Of a stretch of DNA of 64,000 nt, positions 38,596-51,875 are shown piece by piece (within the stretch, counting starts at the first letter, position 1; each line of letters starts with the position of its first letter). The stretch comes from Octopus sinensis (lineage: Eukaryota), in contig NC_043021.1 in assembly GCF_006345805.1 (NCBI RefSeq), forward strand, positions 7,130,001 through 7,194,000, in the 5' to 3' direction. Position numbers and translations under genes: made by a program. The notes beneath the pieces were generated by a model, which was not told where the DNA came from, made no database searches, and saw only the letters and a list, made by a program, of their open reading frames with translations.

Positions 38596-41350
38596 CTGCA
38601 AGAGATGCCCATATTGGTTGTTCAATTGATCAAACAACTGTATACTCATCATTGAAATGCATGACAGTTCTTTTACTTACTTTGTGTGTGTGTCTGTATG
38701 TTTGTATGTATGCGTATACATGTTTGTTTTGAATCTGTGCTTGTGGAAAGGTGTGTGAGTAACAAAACCGCAATTCAGCAAGAATATTTTATTGTTGACC
38801 TTTGACCTAATGTAATTTAGTAATTGCTTCTTGTACTATTACTACTATTATTGAACTAGTGTAATGGTTGACTGTGTGGTGGTATTAATTTAAACATAAT
38901 ATTGTATCTGTGTGGTTAGAGTGTAATGTGTGTGTGTGTGTGGAAATGAGGGTAGATGTGCACATGTTTATGCACAGAGACCGGCACAATCTGGATATAC
39001 ACACAGGGAACAAAGAGAAGAGGGGACTTGATATAGGCTAATGAGGAACACTGATTAGATAAATTTTCATTTGTCAATAATGGTTTTATGAAAGGCTGCA
39101 ACATTCTCTTGTGAATGCTGGTAGGAGATAAGTCTTCATAACTGGGTAGCAGATAACTACTTTAAAGCGAGGAATGGTAACTGCAACCAAATAACCTATG
39201 ATAAAAAAGATTATCTTGCTGGCTTTTGGCAATTTATTAACAGAATTTTAATATATGACAATAAAAAACATAATCTTAATAATTAAGTCAGAATAATGAA
39301 TTTCTCAGATGAACCCAAAGTTCATCTTTTTGCTTCATTAGTTGGGTACTCCATCCACAATATTGCATGATGTGGGAAGGTTTTCTATGTTTCCATCCCT
39401 TAATTTCTGGACATATTGAAACAGAGATTCAGAAATAACTCTATCTCTTGACCTAAATGAATGTACTTGCTGATTGCATCAAATCTTAAATCCTTAAAAA
39501 TGTTTCAGCCCGATGGCTGCGGCCATGCTGGGCCACCACATAGGTATTCTCTGTAAGTCTTTCACAGTTTTTCTCAAATCCATTAGCAAGTGTTATACAC
39601 ACTCTATATTCACCCTCCTTAGAAAAGCAGGATTATTTAAGGGATGAATTCTGGGTAGTTCTGAAGTTGTAAACTTGCTGTGGAGGCAAGGGTCTTAAAG
39701 TGTGATATGAAATCTTGGAAGCAATGTTATACAAGTAACTATAACTCATTTTACTCACACACACACATGAGTGAAAGAGGGAGAGAGAAAAAGAGAGAGA
39801 GAATTTTAAAATAAAATGTGAAAATTTTTGTTATAAGTGTAAAGTTATTCTTATCAGGTCAAATCAACAAGAAATACTGACCTTTGCTTATATTTCACAT
39901 TTACAATAAAAAGAATTCATACATTTAATAAAGAAAAAGAACTGTTTTTCTTTTCTCTTCTACTGTTTGATTATTGATTCTCTCATTTCCTAATTGCATT
40001 TTTACTTAGGAAATTGTGTAGCATAAATTGTACTTTAAATATATATCAAATATATTTTGTCTTTGTGTTCATGCATGTTCTAGTTCTGTTGATATGATCA
40101 TGGCTGCTTTTTTTTTTTTTTAATGTTTCCTACAACAATTTTTAAATTAGTATGTGAAAACTGTTCAGTTAGGCTTGCTGTAGAGATTTGGATTTTTTGC
40201 TCCTTATGGAGCATAAACCATCGATGACTTTTCTCTGCTGTTCTTGACTTTGTGCTGTCTTTTCTCGTCCAGCCGAATCCCTGCTTGTTCAACTCTGTCA
40301 CAGTATCCTGCCTCCAGATATTTTTAGGGGATTGTCTTTTCTGTGCACCCCTGTGGATTTACTGTGTCATATATTTCCCCAAGGAAAGGTTTTCCTGACC
40401 CAGGTTGGGTTGGTTTTATATTATTGTTGATGCTTCTGTAACTTTGCCTCTTTTGAAAGTGGGAATGTTGGCCCTATGCAAGGAATGTTCCCTCTATACA
40501 TGTGGGAAGAGGTGATCTGTTTAAGATGTATTTTTCTTGATTGTTGTTTATTTCTTTCCCTAAATACCTGTGGTCTCTTCATTATTCCTAACATTGTTTA
40601 CCTGATGGAACAAAAGCACATCAACCCCATTCTTATTCCTACTTCATCATTGTGTGGTCACTTGTAAGCATCCATCCCCGTGCTTAATTAGGGTTGATTA
40701 GGAGTGAAAGAAAAAAACAACGGCTCTGACAGATGAACCATTCCACAAATGCAGAAAGCATTAACATAAAAAATATTAGCCATTATTAGCAGCAATTTTG
40801 AGTCAGAATGAGAAACAATTCTTTCATGAGACTTAAACTGTATATAGCTATTGGTTGCTAGGCAATCGCATTGATGATTACAAAAGATTACACAACAAAC
40901 AGCTTGCTTATGATTGATACAGCAGTCTCCTATGAAGTGAAAAATATGTCTAATCCCTGCCAAGAGACCTGTTTCTCTTTACTGTCTCAAACTGGTTGTT
41001 GTTATGTTTAATATCACTTCATGTTGAAAATCTTGGTGATTGATTCATTTGTACATTGATTCATGTGAGTATTGCTCATCATAAAAATTGAATCAAGGTG
41101 GGGGGACCTCACTGTATTGGACATACAAGTATATAATACACTATTAGTTGTATCCGACAGCGGCTAGGTTCATTAACTCTTAGTCACTTGTTTAAATTCT
41201 TCAAGGCAGTGCCCTAGAGTGACTGCAGTCTAATGATTGAAATAAGTAAAAATAAAAGGTGTGTGTGAGTCCAACCATCCCAGCAAGGACAACAGATGTT
41301 AAATGATGATGATATGCTTTTGTATGTATCTATACACATATACACACATA

Positions 41351-41492
41351 CAGGGTGGGCCAAAAGTCCTGCACAAAATAAGTTCAATACATTCCAGAAT
41401 TGTCAAAGACATGCTTCAATATTTCAAAAATTAAATAAAATGATTGAAATAATAATGAATATACATGTACTTGTATGTGATGAGCAAAATGA

Positions 41493-41529
<37 letters not shown>

Positions 41530-41592
41530 TAATAATAATTATAACATAATGAAATGTCAAATGTTTTGGTGCATGACTTTTGGCCTACACTA
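41351..41592. mobile_element. Tc1/mariner-like MITE
   Basis: TA|CAGGGTGGGCCAAAAGTCCTGCA ... reverse complement TAGTGTAGGCCAAAAGTCATGCA|TA. Confidence 0.7.
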
Positions 41593-41598
41593 TATTAA

Positions 41599-41822
41599 CC
41601 CTTTTGTTACCAACCCGGCTGAAACCGGCTCTGGCTCTTTAGTATAAATGTCTTGTTTTCATATAAGTTTTGAATTCAAATCTTCCACCAAATCTTAGTC
41701 ACAATTTATGTTCCTAACACTAGCTTAATGATAACTAAGTTATTTTACTTAAATTCTTTGTTATATTTAAAATAATTGGAAGAAACACAGAGCATCTCAA
41801 AATAAATACAGTAACGAAAGGG
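41599..41822 (-). mobile_element. piggyBac-like MITE family P1
   Basis: TTAA|CCCTTTTGTTAC ... GTAACGAAAGGG|TTAA; inverted relative to 10546. Confidence 0.92.
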
Positions 41823-42372
41823 TTAAAGCAATGAGAACATGAAGAACACCCAAAACAATATGACTATTCCTTAGCAGCTAGGACAACAGAAGAAGAAAAT
41901 ACTTTAGTCATTTTAACTAAAAATAATGTGAAACAAAATAAAGGGACCAATCCAACGCAGGAGGGAAAAAGATGAAATGCTGGTTGTTAGTCATAAGCAA
42001 AAGTAAAGCTTAGCAGGAGGAGGAGAAGTGAAGGAGGAGGAGAGGTGATTAAAGCAAGCAAATCACAAAATAGAAAAGGAAGGTGGGAGACCAGATTCCT
42101 GGAAGTGGAGGGGAAAAAAGAGGGATGCTGGGAGAGAGGAAGTTGACAGAAAGGAAATGGATCAAGAGAGTTGACAGATTAAAAGAAAAAGTCAGAAACG
42201 GCAAAATGGCAAGGTGGGTGGGAAAATATGAGAGAGTGGGGATAGGAAGGGATGTCATAGTATAATTAACAAAATAACGACAGCATAGAAAAGGGACTGT
42301 ATGTTGCTTGCATCGATATGTAAGTGGGAGAAATTAGACATAAATGATGGGAATGCATATTTGCTTTAACAT

Positions 42373-42410
<38 letters not shown>

Positions 42411-42630
42411 ATCATCATCATCATCCTTTAACGTCTGTTTTACTAGAGCTGGCAAGCAGGAGATTTGGTTTGATTTCTACAGCTTGATGCCCTTCCTAAT
42501 GCCAAACACTTTACAGTGTGTGCCAGGTGCTTTTAACATGGCACAAGCACTATCACATGGTGCCTGCATGAATGTACTAGGGCAGGATCTTGCAGGCCAA
42601 TCTTCTCCATCAGGAGGGACTGGCATTAAT

Positions 42631-42876
42631 GTTAGTTAGTTAGTTAGTTAATTTGGCTCAAAAGCAAATAGCAAGGCCATGTAGGGGGACATGGAGTTAA
42701 GTACAGGGTGGTGTTCATGTAAAGAGTTCAGGCCACTTGAGGTCCAGGGAGGCTTTGAACAAAGCGGTCGTCGGCATCTTCATCATCTCGTCTGGTAGCT
42801 TGTTCCACGGATCCGCAACCCGGACGGAGAAAGCTCCTCTCCTTCGATGCTTCTGTTGTGGAAGATAGGACTTCTT
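42631..42876 (-). mobile_element. CR1-clade LINE 3' end
   Basis: Minus strand RRRGAFSVRVADPWNKLPDEMMKMPTTALFKASLDLKWPELFT*, then a short UTR and (TAAC)n tail; CpGs intact. Confidence 0.88.
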
Positions 42877-42901
42877 GAGTGTGTGTGTGTGTGTGTGTGT
42901 A

Positions 42902-42956
<55 letters not shown>

Positions 42957-42960
<4 letters not shown>

Positions 42961-43022
42961 AGGGGGTGCTGAAAAGTTCCTGGCTTTAAGTAAAAGAAAC
43001 TGCAGGAGAATCAGTTAATTAT
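42957..43022 (+). mobile_element. Solo mariner-like terminus in (TA)n
   Basis: TA(T)GAGGGGGTGCTGAAAAGTTCCTGGC resembles mariner TIRs; no partner end seen. Confidence 0.55.
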
Positions 43023-43559
43023 TGCAGCAGTCCTTGTTGACCCAAGACTATAGTAGAAGACACTTGGCCAAGATGCCATGCAGTGGAACTGAACCTAGAA
43101 GCAAGCTTCTTCCCACACAGCCATGCCTGTGCATATATATAAAGTTAATGAAAGAAGCAATTGCCCACTTTGGCATTGCTTTTAGTACAACCCTCTTGTG
43201 TGTGTGTGTGTGTGTATACACAAACAAACACACTCTAATCCCTGTTCTATTATTATTATTAGTAATTCTCTATATTGTATTTGACACTGTAGCAGTTAGA
43301 CATTTTAGTCCGGTGAACTTTCTTTGACCTTTTATTATGTATTATGGTTTGATATCAAAGTGATGTCTCCAAAATATACAACACCACATCTTCCTTATTA
43401 TAGCACTGCCTTCCTAATTTCTGAGCCAGCGCACAGCAACTTAACATGTGATGTATAACCCCTAAAACTTAACACCGCTCCCTTAACTTTCTAGGGGACA
43501 CGAGTCCTATTTATACAATTTAATAGCGAACAAGAGTGGTAAATAAGTGAGCAAACAAC

Positions 43560-43930
43560 TTGTCACTCAACCTGCTAGAAATGTCAGTCAAATCACCATC
43601 AAATCACACTTAAGGATGAGTATATTGTTTTAGATACACTCTGAAAATGATATGGCCATAGCCAAAGTCTTTGATGCTAGTTCTGCTTGGTCAGGACTGA
43701 CCTAGGGCTACAAAAAAAAAAACGTGCCACATTACTCAAACTAATAAAGAGTCCTCTCTTCAGCCTGCTAGAAACAACAGCTAAGTTTCCCTCCATCTGC
43801 ATTATGCCATCGTAAACATTATTAGGTAATGCAGTCCAGGATACATTTCTTGAATAAAAAGACTGATCACCATTACTGGAACGTCTTTGGATATATATAG
43901 GTCTGCTGGCTGGATCTGAGCTGACCTCAG
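43560..43930 (+). repeat. Dispersed ~190-bp repeat, here as a tandem dimer
   Basis: caacctgctagaaa..gccaaat..gatggtca..gctgacct motif set; also near 13850-14130, 15940-16130, 19220-19400, 49300-49510 and (minus) 53830-54300. Confidence 0.6.
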
Positions 43931-44475
43931 TAACATTTTTTCCCCACTGCTTTTGCAGATTCCCGTGACTCACTGTCGCCATCCAATTCTATTATTACGA
44001 ATTTGAATTGTGAGCTTGAGTCAAGGAATCTTTCATTAGCTGATTGCACAACCACGAATGCTCCCCCCCTCCACACACACACACACACACACACACACTA
44101 TGGATGCATTGCAATTACTCTCTTGACAGAGCTTGCTGATTTTGTCTGTTGATCTTCTAGGATTCCTCTGCTCAGCATCAATGTAAGAATCACTGTTGGC
44201 TCAGTTGAGCTCTTCTGCTACCTCTTCACAATCCACCATGCTGCAGTCCCATGGCTTCACCATATCCCTGGCAGGGTATCTGAATGGGTGCTGTGCCTTG
44301 CCAAAGAGCAGCCTGTAGTTATGCAGGGCAGGTTTGTCACCCTGTGAGATATTTTCAAAATACTTGCATACCATTATGTTAGTAAATCAATTATGAAATT
44401 TCATGACAATCAGCCTGAGATGAGTAATAATTTCATGATTTCTGTCTTTATTCTCATCAAAATTTCATCATACAC

Positions 44476-44637
44476 GCAGGAGTGGCTGTGTGGTAAGTAG
44501 CTTGCTAACCAACCACATGGTTCTGGGTTCAGTCCCACTGCGTGGCATCTTGGGCAAGTGTCTTCTGCTATAGCCCCAGGCCGACCAATGCCTTGTGAGT
44601 GGATTTGGTAGACGGAAACTGAAAGAAGCCGGTCGTA

Positions 44638-44680
<43 letters not shown>

Positions 44681-44880
44681 TTGTGTGTCTGTGTTTGTCC
44701 CCCTAGCATTGCTTGACAACCAATGCCCGTGTGTTTACGTCCCCGTCACTTAGCGGTTCGGCAAAAGAGACCGATAGAATAAGTACTGGGCTTACAAAGA
44801 ATAAGTCCCGGGGTCGATTTGCTCGGCTAAAGGCGGTGCTCCAGCATGGCCGCAGTCAAATGACTGAAACAAGTAAAAGA
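44476..44880 (+). mobile_element. Full-length young CORE-like SINE family B
   Basis: tRNA-like head, CORE-like ttgggcaagtgtctt, internal (TA)(TG) tract, 3' module ending tgactgaaacaagtaaaaga; CpG-rich. Confidence 0.88.
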
Positions 44881-45742
44881 GTATACTACAAAAGGATTGT
44901 CTTTACTATTTTTTCTCAGCCATCTTGTGATTAAATTTTGGCTGTTTGCCGTAGAGAACAGTCTTTTGTTGACTGGTGATAAGCCTCCTATCTTGTTGGT
45001 GTTGTTTGACCTGCTCCTAATTGGGTCTTGATACAGTCAAAATATGAATGTTGGGAAACATTCAAACAATGTTTCCCATACTTTATTATTTTGGACCTGG
45101 TCAACCATGGTTTTCTCAAATTTATGATTAAATATGTTTCAGCTGTAACTTTTCTGTGTTTTTGTATATCTAGGGCTACATTGTCTAGTGTACCCTTTGC
45201 TGTAAAGGAAGTTTAGCTACTGTTTCTAGCATGTTGAGTGACTGTGCAATGACTCTCTTGTTAGCTTATTTATTGTATGTCTTTCATGTAACTGTTGGTG
45301 GTCATGGTAGTAGTATTATATATATGTCTTCTGTGGTGGCTGTTACAGTTGTTGTATGTAGATCTTTTAGGTTACACGGCTGTAGTTGGTATGGAGTTTC
45401 AAAACATTAAGCCGATAATGTACCGATAAAAAAATTGCTATTAAAATCTGTTCTCTATAAAAGTAACTGCTGGAGAACTGTGCTTTACAATTACTGTTGA
45501 AAGGTCTGCTTAAATAGTAACTGCAAGGAAAAAAAGAAAAAAATATTTTGCAATGGTTGTACAGAAAATTGCAGTTTTAATGCAGTTAGTGAAAATGTGC
45601 ACTTTTATGAAGCTGCTGGAAGACCACTTTTACAACGGCTGCTGAAAATTGCACTTTTATAACATGCTGAAAAACTGCCAATGAAATGCACTTTTGGTTA
45701 TTAAGAAAACTATATTTGTATGGCTTAATATAAATGTCTAAA

Positions 45743-45971
45743 CCCTTTTGTCACCATATTTCTGGAGAGATGCTCTGTGTTTTTTTTTTTTTTCAATTAA
45801 TTTTAAATATAACAAAGAATTTAATAAAATAACTTGGTTATCATTAAGCTAGTGTTAGGAACATAAATTGTGACTAAGGTTTGGTGGAAGATTTTAATTC
45901 AGATCTTTTGCAAACGAGACATTTGTACTACAGAGCCAGAGGTGGTTTCAGGTGGGTTGGTATCAAAAGGG
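45743..45971 (+). mobile_element. piggyBac-like MITE family P1, degenerate
   Basis: CCCTTTTGTCAC ... ATCAAAAGGG|TTAA; internal homology to 10546; ends about 50 bp before the 46023 acceptor. Confidence 0.8.
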
Positions 45972-46022
45972 TTAAAGGTTGCACATGTTTACTTTTTTTT
46001 CTCTTTTTCTTTTTTTCTGCAG

Positions 46023-46154
46023 GCCACCATCCAAAGTAAGGTCATCTGCCTCCCTTGTAGAGAATTCACTTTTAGAAAGTGAAGTGTCTGTGTTAGCCAC
46101 ACTTGACTTCCTGTCTACAGATAATGTTGTGGAAATTGAAGACGACAATTTAAG
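46023..46154 (+). CDS. STRN3: Striatin-family coding exon, 132 nt (symmetric phase 2-2)
   Basis: Long T/C tract + ctgcAG|, donor AG|GTACTG. Encodes RPPSKVRSSASLVENSLLESEVSVLATLDFLSTDNVVEIEDDNL; SVLATLDFL resembles striatin (S/D)VLExFxFL. In frame with both neighbours. Confidence 0.85.
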
Positions 46155-46242
46155 GTACTGTACATCAATACAAATGAACATGAGTCTCTCTCTCTCTCTC
46201 TCTCTCCTCTCTCTAAATTGCTTAGCTAGCTCTTATCTAAAC

Positions 46243-46502
46243 CAGTGGTTCTCAACCAAGGTCCTCATGACCCTTGGGGGTCTATATATAAGATTTTGAT
46301 ATTAAAATTTATATGCAACAAATTTGCTTATACTTGTACAATACACAAAATAGTTTAACAATTGTTTTTAACACAGTTGTTAATGACTATTTCATTATAA
46401 AATCAATAGAATTTTTTAAAACATTGAATGGCTTTTAGGATCCACCCGAATAAAATAGGAATCAGAGGGGGGCCACCGACAAAAGATGGTTGAGGACCAC
46501 TG
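46243..46502. mobile_element. hAT-like MITE, 260 bp
   Basis: TIR CAGTGGTTCTCAACC / reverse complement CAGTGGTCCTCAACC; flanks ATCTAAAC and ATCTACCA. Confidence 0.85.
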
Positions 46503-48126
46503 ATCTACCACTATTTTCTCTCACCAGACAAACAGTATTCTTTCATTTCAAGGTGTAATATGTAGCTGCATATGATATTTTATGATCTGCCTCTGTTGTA
46601 CTGCTGTCTTTGAATGGATATCAAAAATGCTAATTAAACTATTCCACTTCATTTCAATCATTTACACTATTACTGTTTATAGAAATTAATGAACAAGTAG
46701 TGACTAATAGAATTATAATTTTTGTTGGGGTTAGTGTCCTCATCTTTGGAGAAAAAATTTTTTTTTTTCTGTATATTCACCTACCAATCCTTTGTGAAGG
46801 AAATCTGGTACACAGTAGTGTTTCCAAGTGAAGTAGTTTTCCATTCTATTGTTCCTTACACAGTGTTGATTGAAACTATGGGACTTTCATCAACTGAAGA
46901 CTGTAAAGAAAGACACTTTTTCTTCCCAATTTTTGCTAAAAGGGTATTAATGAAATATGTGGAATGACATGTACAATAAGATGATAGGCTTCTTCTCTGT
47001 TCCCACATACCAGTTCCCATCTGAAAGCATTTCTTTTGTCAACAAAAATTGCTTCAAAACTATGTTAAAATAAGAGAGCAATTCCTTACTTGAAAAACCT
47101 GTAATGGTTAACATCAGGAAGTAAAACAATACTTCACTAACTTATCTTACCTATACTAGCAGAGAAAAGCAGATATAAAATGAATGAATATGAACAAAGA
47201 TGTGTATATTAATTTCATCATGTTTCTGCACACTAGAATTTGAGAGGTATTTGCTGTAGGATTTTGTCTAGGAGAAAAAATTTCTCTCCATATTCATTTT
47301 GTTTGAAAACATCAAACTGAGCTCCAAACAACATCAGTGAACTCAGTGTTTCAGCATGATTTTATCTCCTCAGTAGCAGACACTGTCTTGGTCAAGTGGA
47401 GCTGATTTTAAGCCTGAACTTCTAGCCTTATATATAAGAAACAGAAATCAATACATTTACTGGTATGTGTGTTGAGGTATGCCAAGCTGGAAATAGCTTA
47501 GTGTAAGCACACACACACACACACGCATGTGCGCGATACCAAATTGATTGGGATTTCAATTTGAACAGGCTGTTAAGGCAAAACTTGAAGTCCCAGTCAT
47601 TTCAGTATTATCAGTAAATTATACTCTACTAAATGTATAGAGTCCTACCACTAGTGAATGTTTTATTGTTTTCTACAAGCTGGTCAATAATATAGTGTGT
47701 GTGTGTATAGACAGTAGATAGATATACTCACTTTCATCCAAAACCACATCTGTAACCCATACACACATCAAATCAACTCTCCAATCTCTTCTTTGGATTA
47801 ATTTTTATTGACAGAGACTGTTATCATTTTCTTTGGATTTTGTTCTATGTTGAAACTGTTATGACAGCAAGTGAGTGTATATACAGTGATAGGAATAGAG
47901 AAGGGAAGTGAAAATACACCAACAGAGTGCAGTAGTGTCTCCCATCACACTCTGCACTGGTGTATCCTATCCCTCTTCTGTGTTCCTATCGTATGTGTGC
48001 AATAAAAGGGGACTGTTTCCTCTCCCACTGTCTCACTGAATTTCCCCACCATCTTTCCACTATCTATTTATTATTTTTATTTATATATCTTTCCATTAAC
48101 TTTTGTTTCTTTACTTTTACTTCCAG

Positions 48127-48199
48127 TGATGAGAATGAAGATGGCATTTCTGCCGATGATGAATCTGAAGAAAGAGCAGAAAAACAGAGGAAGTTTAAG
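48127..48199 (+). CDS. STRN3: Striatin-family coding exon, 73 nt (acidic linker)
   Basis: ttttacttccAG|T GAT GAG...TTT AAG|GTCCGA. Encodes SDENEDGISADDESEERAEKQRKFK; phase 2 in and phase 0 out, as the flanking exons require. Confidence 0.85.
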
Positions 48200-48451
48200 G
48201 TCCGATACATTTTCAGAATGAAGAAAAAAATTTTAAAGAAAAAACAAAACAAAAAACAAGCAAAAATTATCTCTTGTTGAAAACTAGTTAATCTTGTTCA
48301 TTTGTTTTAATTGTTTGTTCCTTTAATTAGTTTTGAAGTGATTTTAAGTAATGTTGTATGACATGAAGAAATAATGTCTTATAATTATCTTCTGTTGTGA
48401 AAATTTATTGACATTTTGATGTTCTACCTTTGGTGTTAGTTGAAGTGACTA

Positions 48452-48800
48452 GCTAACTGGTGTTACACTCACCCACACTGGCTAATTGGAGTTCCACTCA
48501 CTCCCACTTGCTTGTTGGTGTTACACTCATACCTACTGGCTAACTGCTGTTAAACTCATATTGACGGTCTAACTCATGTTACATTTACTTTAAGTGGCTA
48601 ACTGGTGTTACAGTCATGCCAATGGACTAACTGAAGTTACACCCATGCAACTAGCTTACTGGGGTTATACTCTCCCTGATTGGTTGACTAGTGTTACACT
48701 CACTCTGACTGGCTTGCTGGTGTTACACTTACTTGCTTCAACTGGTTTGGTGGTGTTACACTAATTGCAATTGGTTTATTGGTGTCACAACAGCTCCACT
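48452..48800 (+). repeat. Degenerate ~29-bp minisatellite, about 12 units
   Basis: Core gctaactggtgttacactca followed by a variable ~10-nt segment. Confidence 0.85.
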
Positions 48801-51800
48801 AATAGTGTTGTATGACTGGTAAAGTCTAACAATACTTGCAATCTGCATCTGTTTTAAAATAGCTCTTCCCTGTCACATATGACTGAATATGTTATCATCT
48901 GTGTGTGTGTGGGGGGGGGGGGAATAGTTTATAATGTCTAAGAAGACGGTTAAAAATAATTGATAAATAACAATTTCATTTAGAAGCATAAATAAAATAT
49001 TGCTTAAGTATTTCTTTTTATTACCATTATTGCAAAAGCACCAGTAGTGCTGTGCTAAACACTTTATATCTTATGGCCTTACAAATCTACAGACATCTCA
49101 AAATAATTAAAAGGAATATGTTTTCCTTATTTATAAAACCATCTGGTATAACTTTTTTTTATCAAGAAGCCTTAATGCATAATATAGATTAGGGGGCTCA
49201 CCAAATCTAAATTTAGCACTCCAACCCCCTTGGTGTATCATTGGAACTCGACAAGCTGATGAGGCAGTGTCTACAAGATCAAGCAGCTTGCTAGGAATAG
49301 GTTGACTATATGTTAACCAATCTTTTAGATATGGCAGCAACCACCCTTCCAGATATGGCAGCAAAATCTTCAAATTCTCTCCAACTGTATTAAAAAGAAA
49401 AGGACACGTGAGATAAAGCAATTTCAGATACACTTTCTAAATAAAAGATAGGATGGTCATGACTGGAATGTCTTTATACAAAGCTTTTGCTGGATCAAGC
49501 TAGGCAACAACTATAAGAAAAAAAAAACTGGTTCTTGTTATAGTGATCTAAGATAAATCTCCCTCTCTCTGGCAGATTGAACTATTAAACATCAAAAATT
49601 GTAATAAGGGATTGAATTCGACTTAACCAAATTATAATTGTATTTAATTGGATGGAAAAGTTAAAAAATAAAGCAGCGGTCTCTGCTGGTACCTGGGCTT
49701 GAACCTAATTTTCTAGTTGTCCAAATTCTACTTTTCAACCATTACTCAAATTTCCATATCTGCTATTGATTAGGCCATGCTAACACTCAGAAGTAATTTG
49801 TCCAATATTTACCTATTTATACACAAGAACTCTAATTGTAGAACAAGGTGAGCTGGGAAACTTTTTATTTTCTAACTGGAATTCAGTTTGGCTCTTTTTG
49901 TACTGGAGTTCAGTACATTATCTATTGGACCATACTAAAATATCTAGTTAACCTATCTAATCTTTGTTGATATAAGCACTCTGACAGTAATTGTTAGTTT
50001 GACATAACTGTACAAGACTGGTTGGCCAACTGGAGATTTTCATTACTTTATCAGATAGCTAAGCTAGATATTTTGATCATCTAGTCATTTTTATGTTTAT
50101 TCCATGATTTGATACCTAACAAAGTTATGTAGCCACATAGCTAGCTGACCAATAGTTTGACCGGTTTTGTATAGCCTTGTTATTGACAACTAACTGGACC
50201 TTTGCTCAATAATTGACCAATAAGATATGTTCACTTCAAATGTTCAACTGTCATTTATAATCAGAAAAGTAAGGAATAAGCCACTTTCAAATTGTGGTTT
50301 GATTTTTGTAGTGTTGCTGCCAGTTAAACACTTGTTGATTTCCAACTGGTTATAGTCTATTTTATAGTTTGGACATATTCTACATTATAATGCAAGTATT
50401 TCCTTTATTTTCTGGACACTTTAGCTTATGTTCTCCTTTATAGCCAGGATATTTTCAGTTTTTAACCTTCACTGGACTGATAAATACCAAATGGTTACAT
50501 CAGTGACCTGATACCTGTCCAGTTATGACACATCTGCAATGAGAGCTGGCTGAGTGGACACATATAGTCCCTGATAGCTGATCAACTGGGTACATGTTTG
50601 GTCTGATAATCAGCAGAGGTTTCTCTACTCTGTTGGTCTGGTAGCTCTATCTGTGCATTTTTCTACTTCAGAAACAAGTTAGTCAGGGGTTCAAAGGAAG
50701 CGACTCTTTTCCTTGGATGGTAAAATACTCATGCGGACAATACCATGTCCCTCTAATGGAATAACTGGTATTGCCTAGGAAACCTGATTTAGTAACCAAT
50801 TTCTTGAAAAGTAATCATTGTAATGCAGCATAAATGTATTGACACATGTGATGTTCATATTATTGGTAACAGAGATACATGGTTTAAAAAAACACAAAAA
50901 AAACCCCTGTAAAATTAAATGTAAGGATATTAATATTTCAAACAGCAGAATTGAGCTACTGTCCAAGAAAGGGGACATAATGTGTGGCTTTTTTTTATAG
51001 GATTAACAAATATTTTAGAATAGAATTTAAACAACTTGAGAGTTTAAGTAATGGCATATGTCTATCATTTCCGATAATGCAGAAGAAATTATGATAATCT
51101 TTGTTGTGACTGACTTTAACCACCTCAGGTGGTTCTCACACTTATCAAGAGGCTTCTGTCACCCAGGCCCCCACTTGGTCAGAGGAATGGCAAAGCCAGC
51201 ATGACTGAGAGACCACCAGGTGCAGAAGTTACCAAAAGAGTCAGTAATGCTAAACTCAAAACCTTTTGTAGTTTGATGGATGACTGTTGACTCCTTATTG
51301 AGTTAATTCCCGCTTGTCACCAAATATAGTTTTTTTTTTTTTGTCCATCATTGTTCATATGCATGGGTGAGACCCTTGGGCAGTGTTACCAGTTCAGTCG
51401 CCAAAGGCCTGATTATTGGCTTATATAATTACTAGCAGCAGATCTTTTTTTTTTTTTGTATTTTATCTCACCTGACACAAAATAGGTGTATAGTTCCAAA
51501 GAAACACTATAAAAATATAATTTGAGACGGAATAATATCTGCTTTTGTAGGTTTCTATTTGCAATTTTTTAAATGTATCAGACTTAGCCAACTTTTGTTC
51601 CAATACCTTGTATTGGGCCAAAATCCTTAGCTTAATGCTGGGAGAAATCTCAGACTTATTTGAAACTGCGCAATTTGTAGGATTATACAATTATATATAT
51701 TCACTACTTCTTGACTAATCTTAAACTTTGTGATATTGTTTTTATTTTAGTTTATCATTATTATTGTTAGTGTTTTTATTTTAATTCATTATTATTGTTG

Positions 51801-51819
51801 TTTTTATTTTAATATATTA

Positions 51820-51872
<53 letters not shown>

Positions 51873-51875
<3 letters not shown>

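Noticed and set aside
48200-48280. Read-through extension giving a Lys-rich C-terminus
   Set aside because: A-rich intron start; the downstream exon is in frame via the GT at 48200, so normal splicing is the simpler reading.
48452-48800. CRISPR array
   Set aside because: Eukaryotic intron, degenerate repeats, variable segments only ~10 nt, no cas genes.
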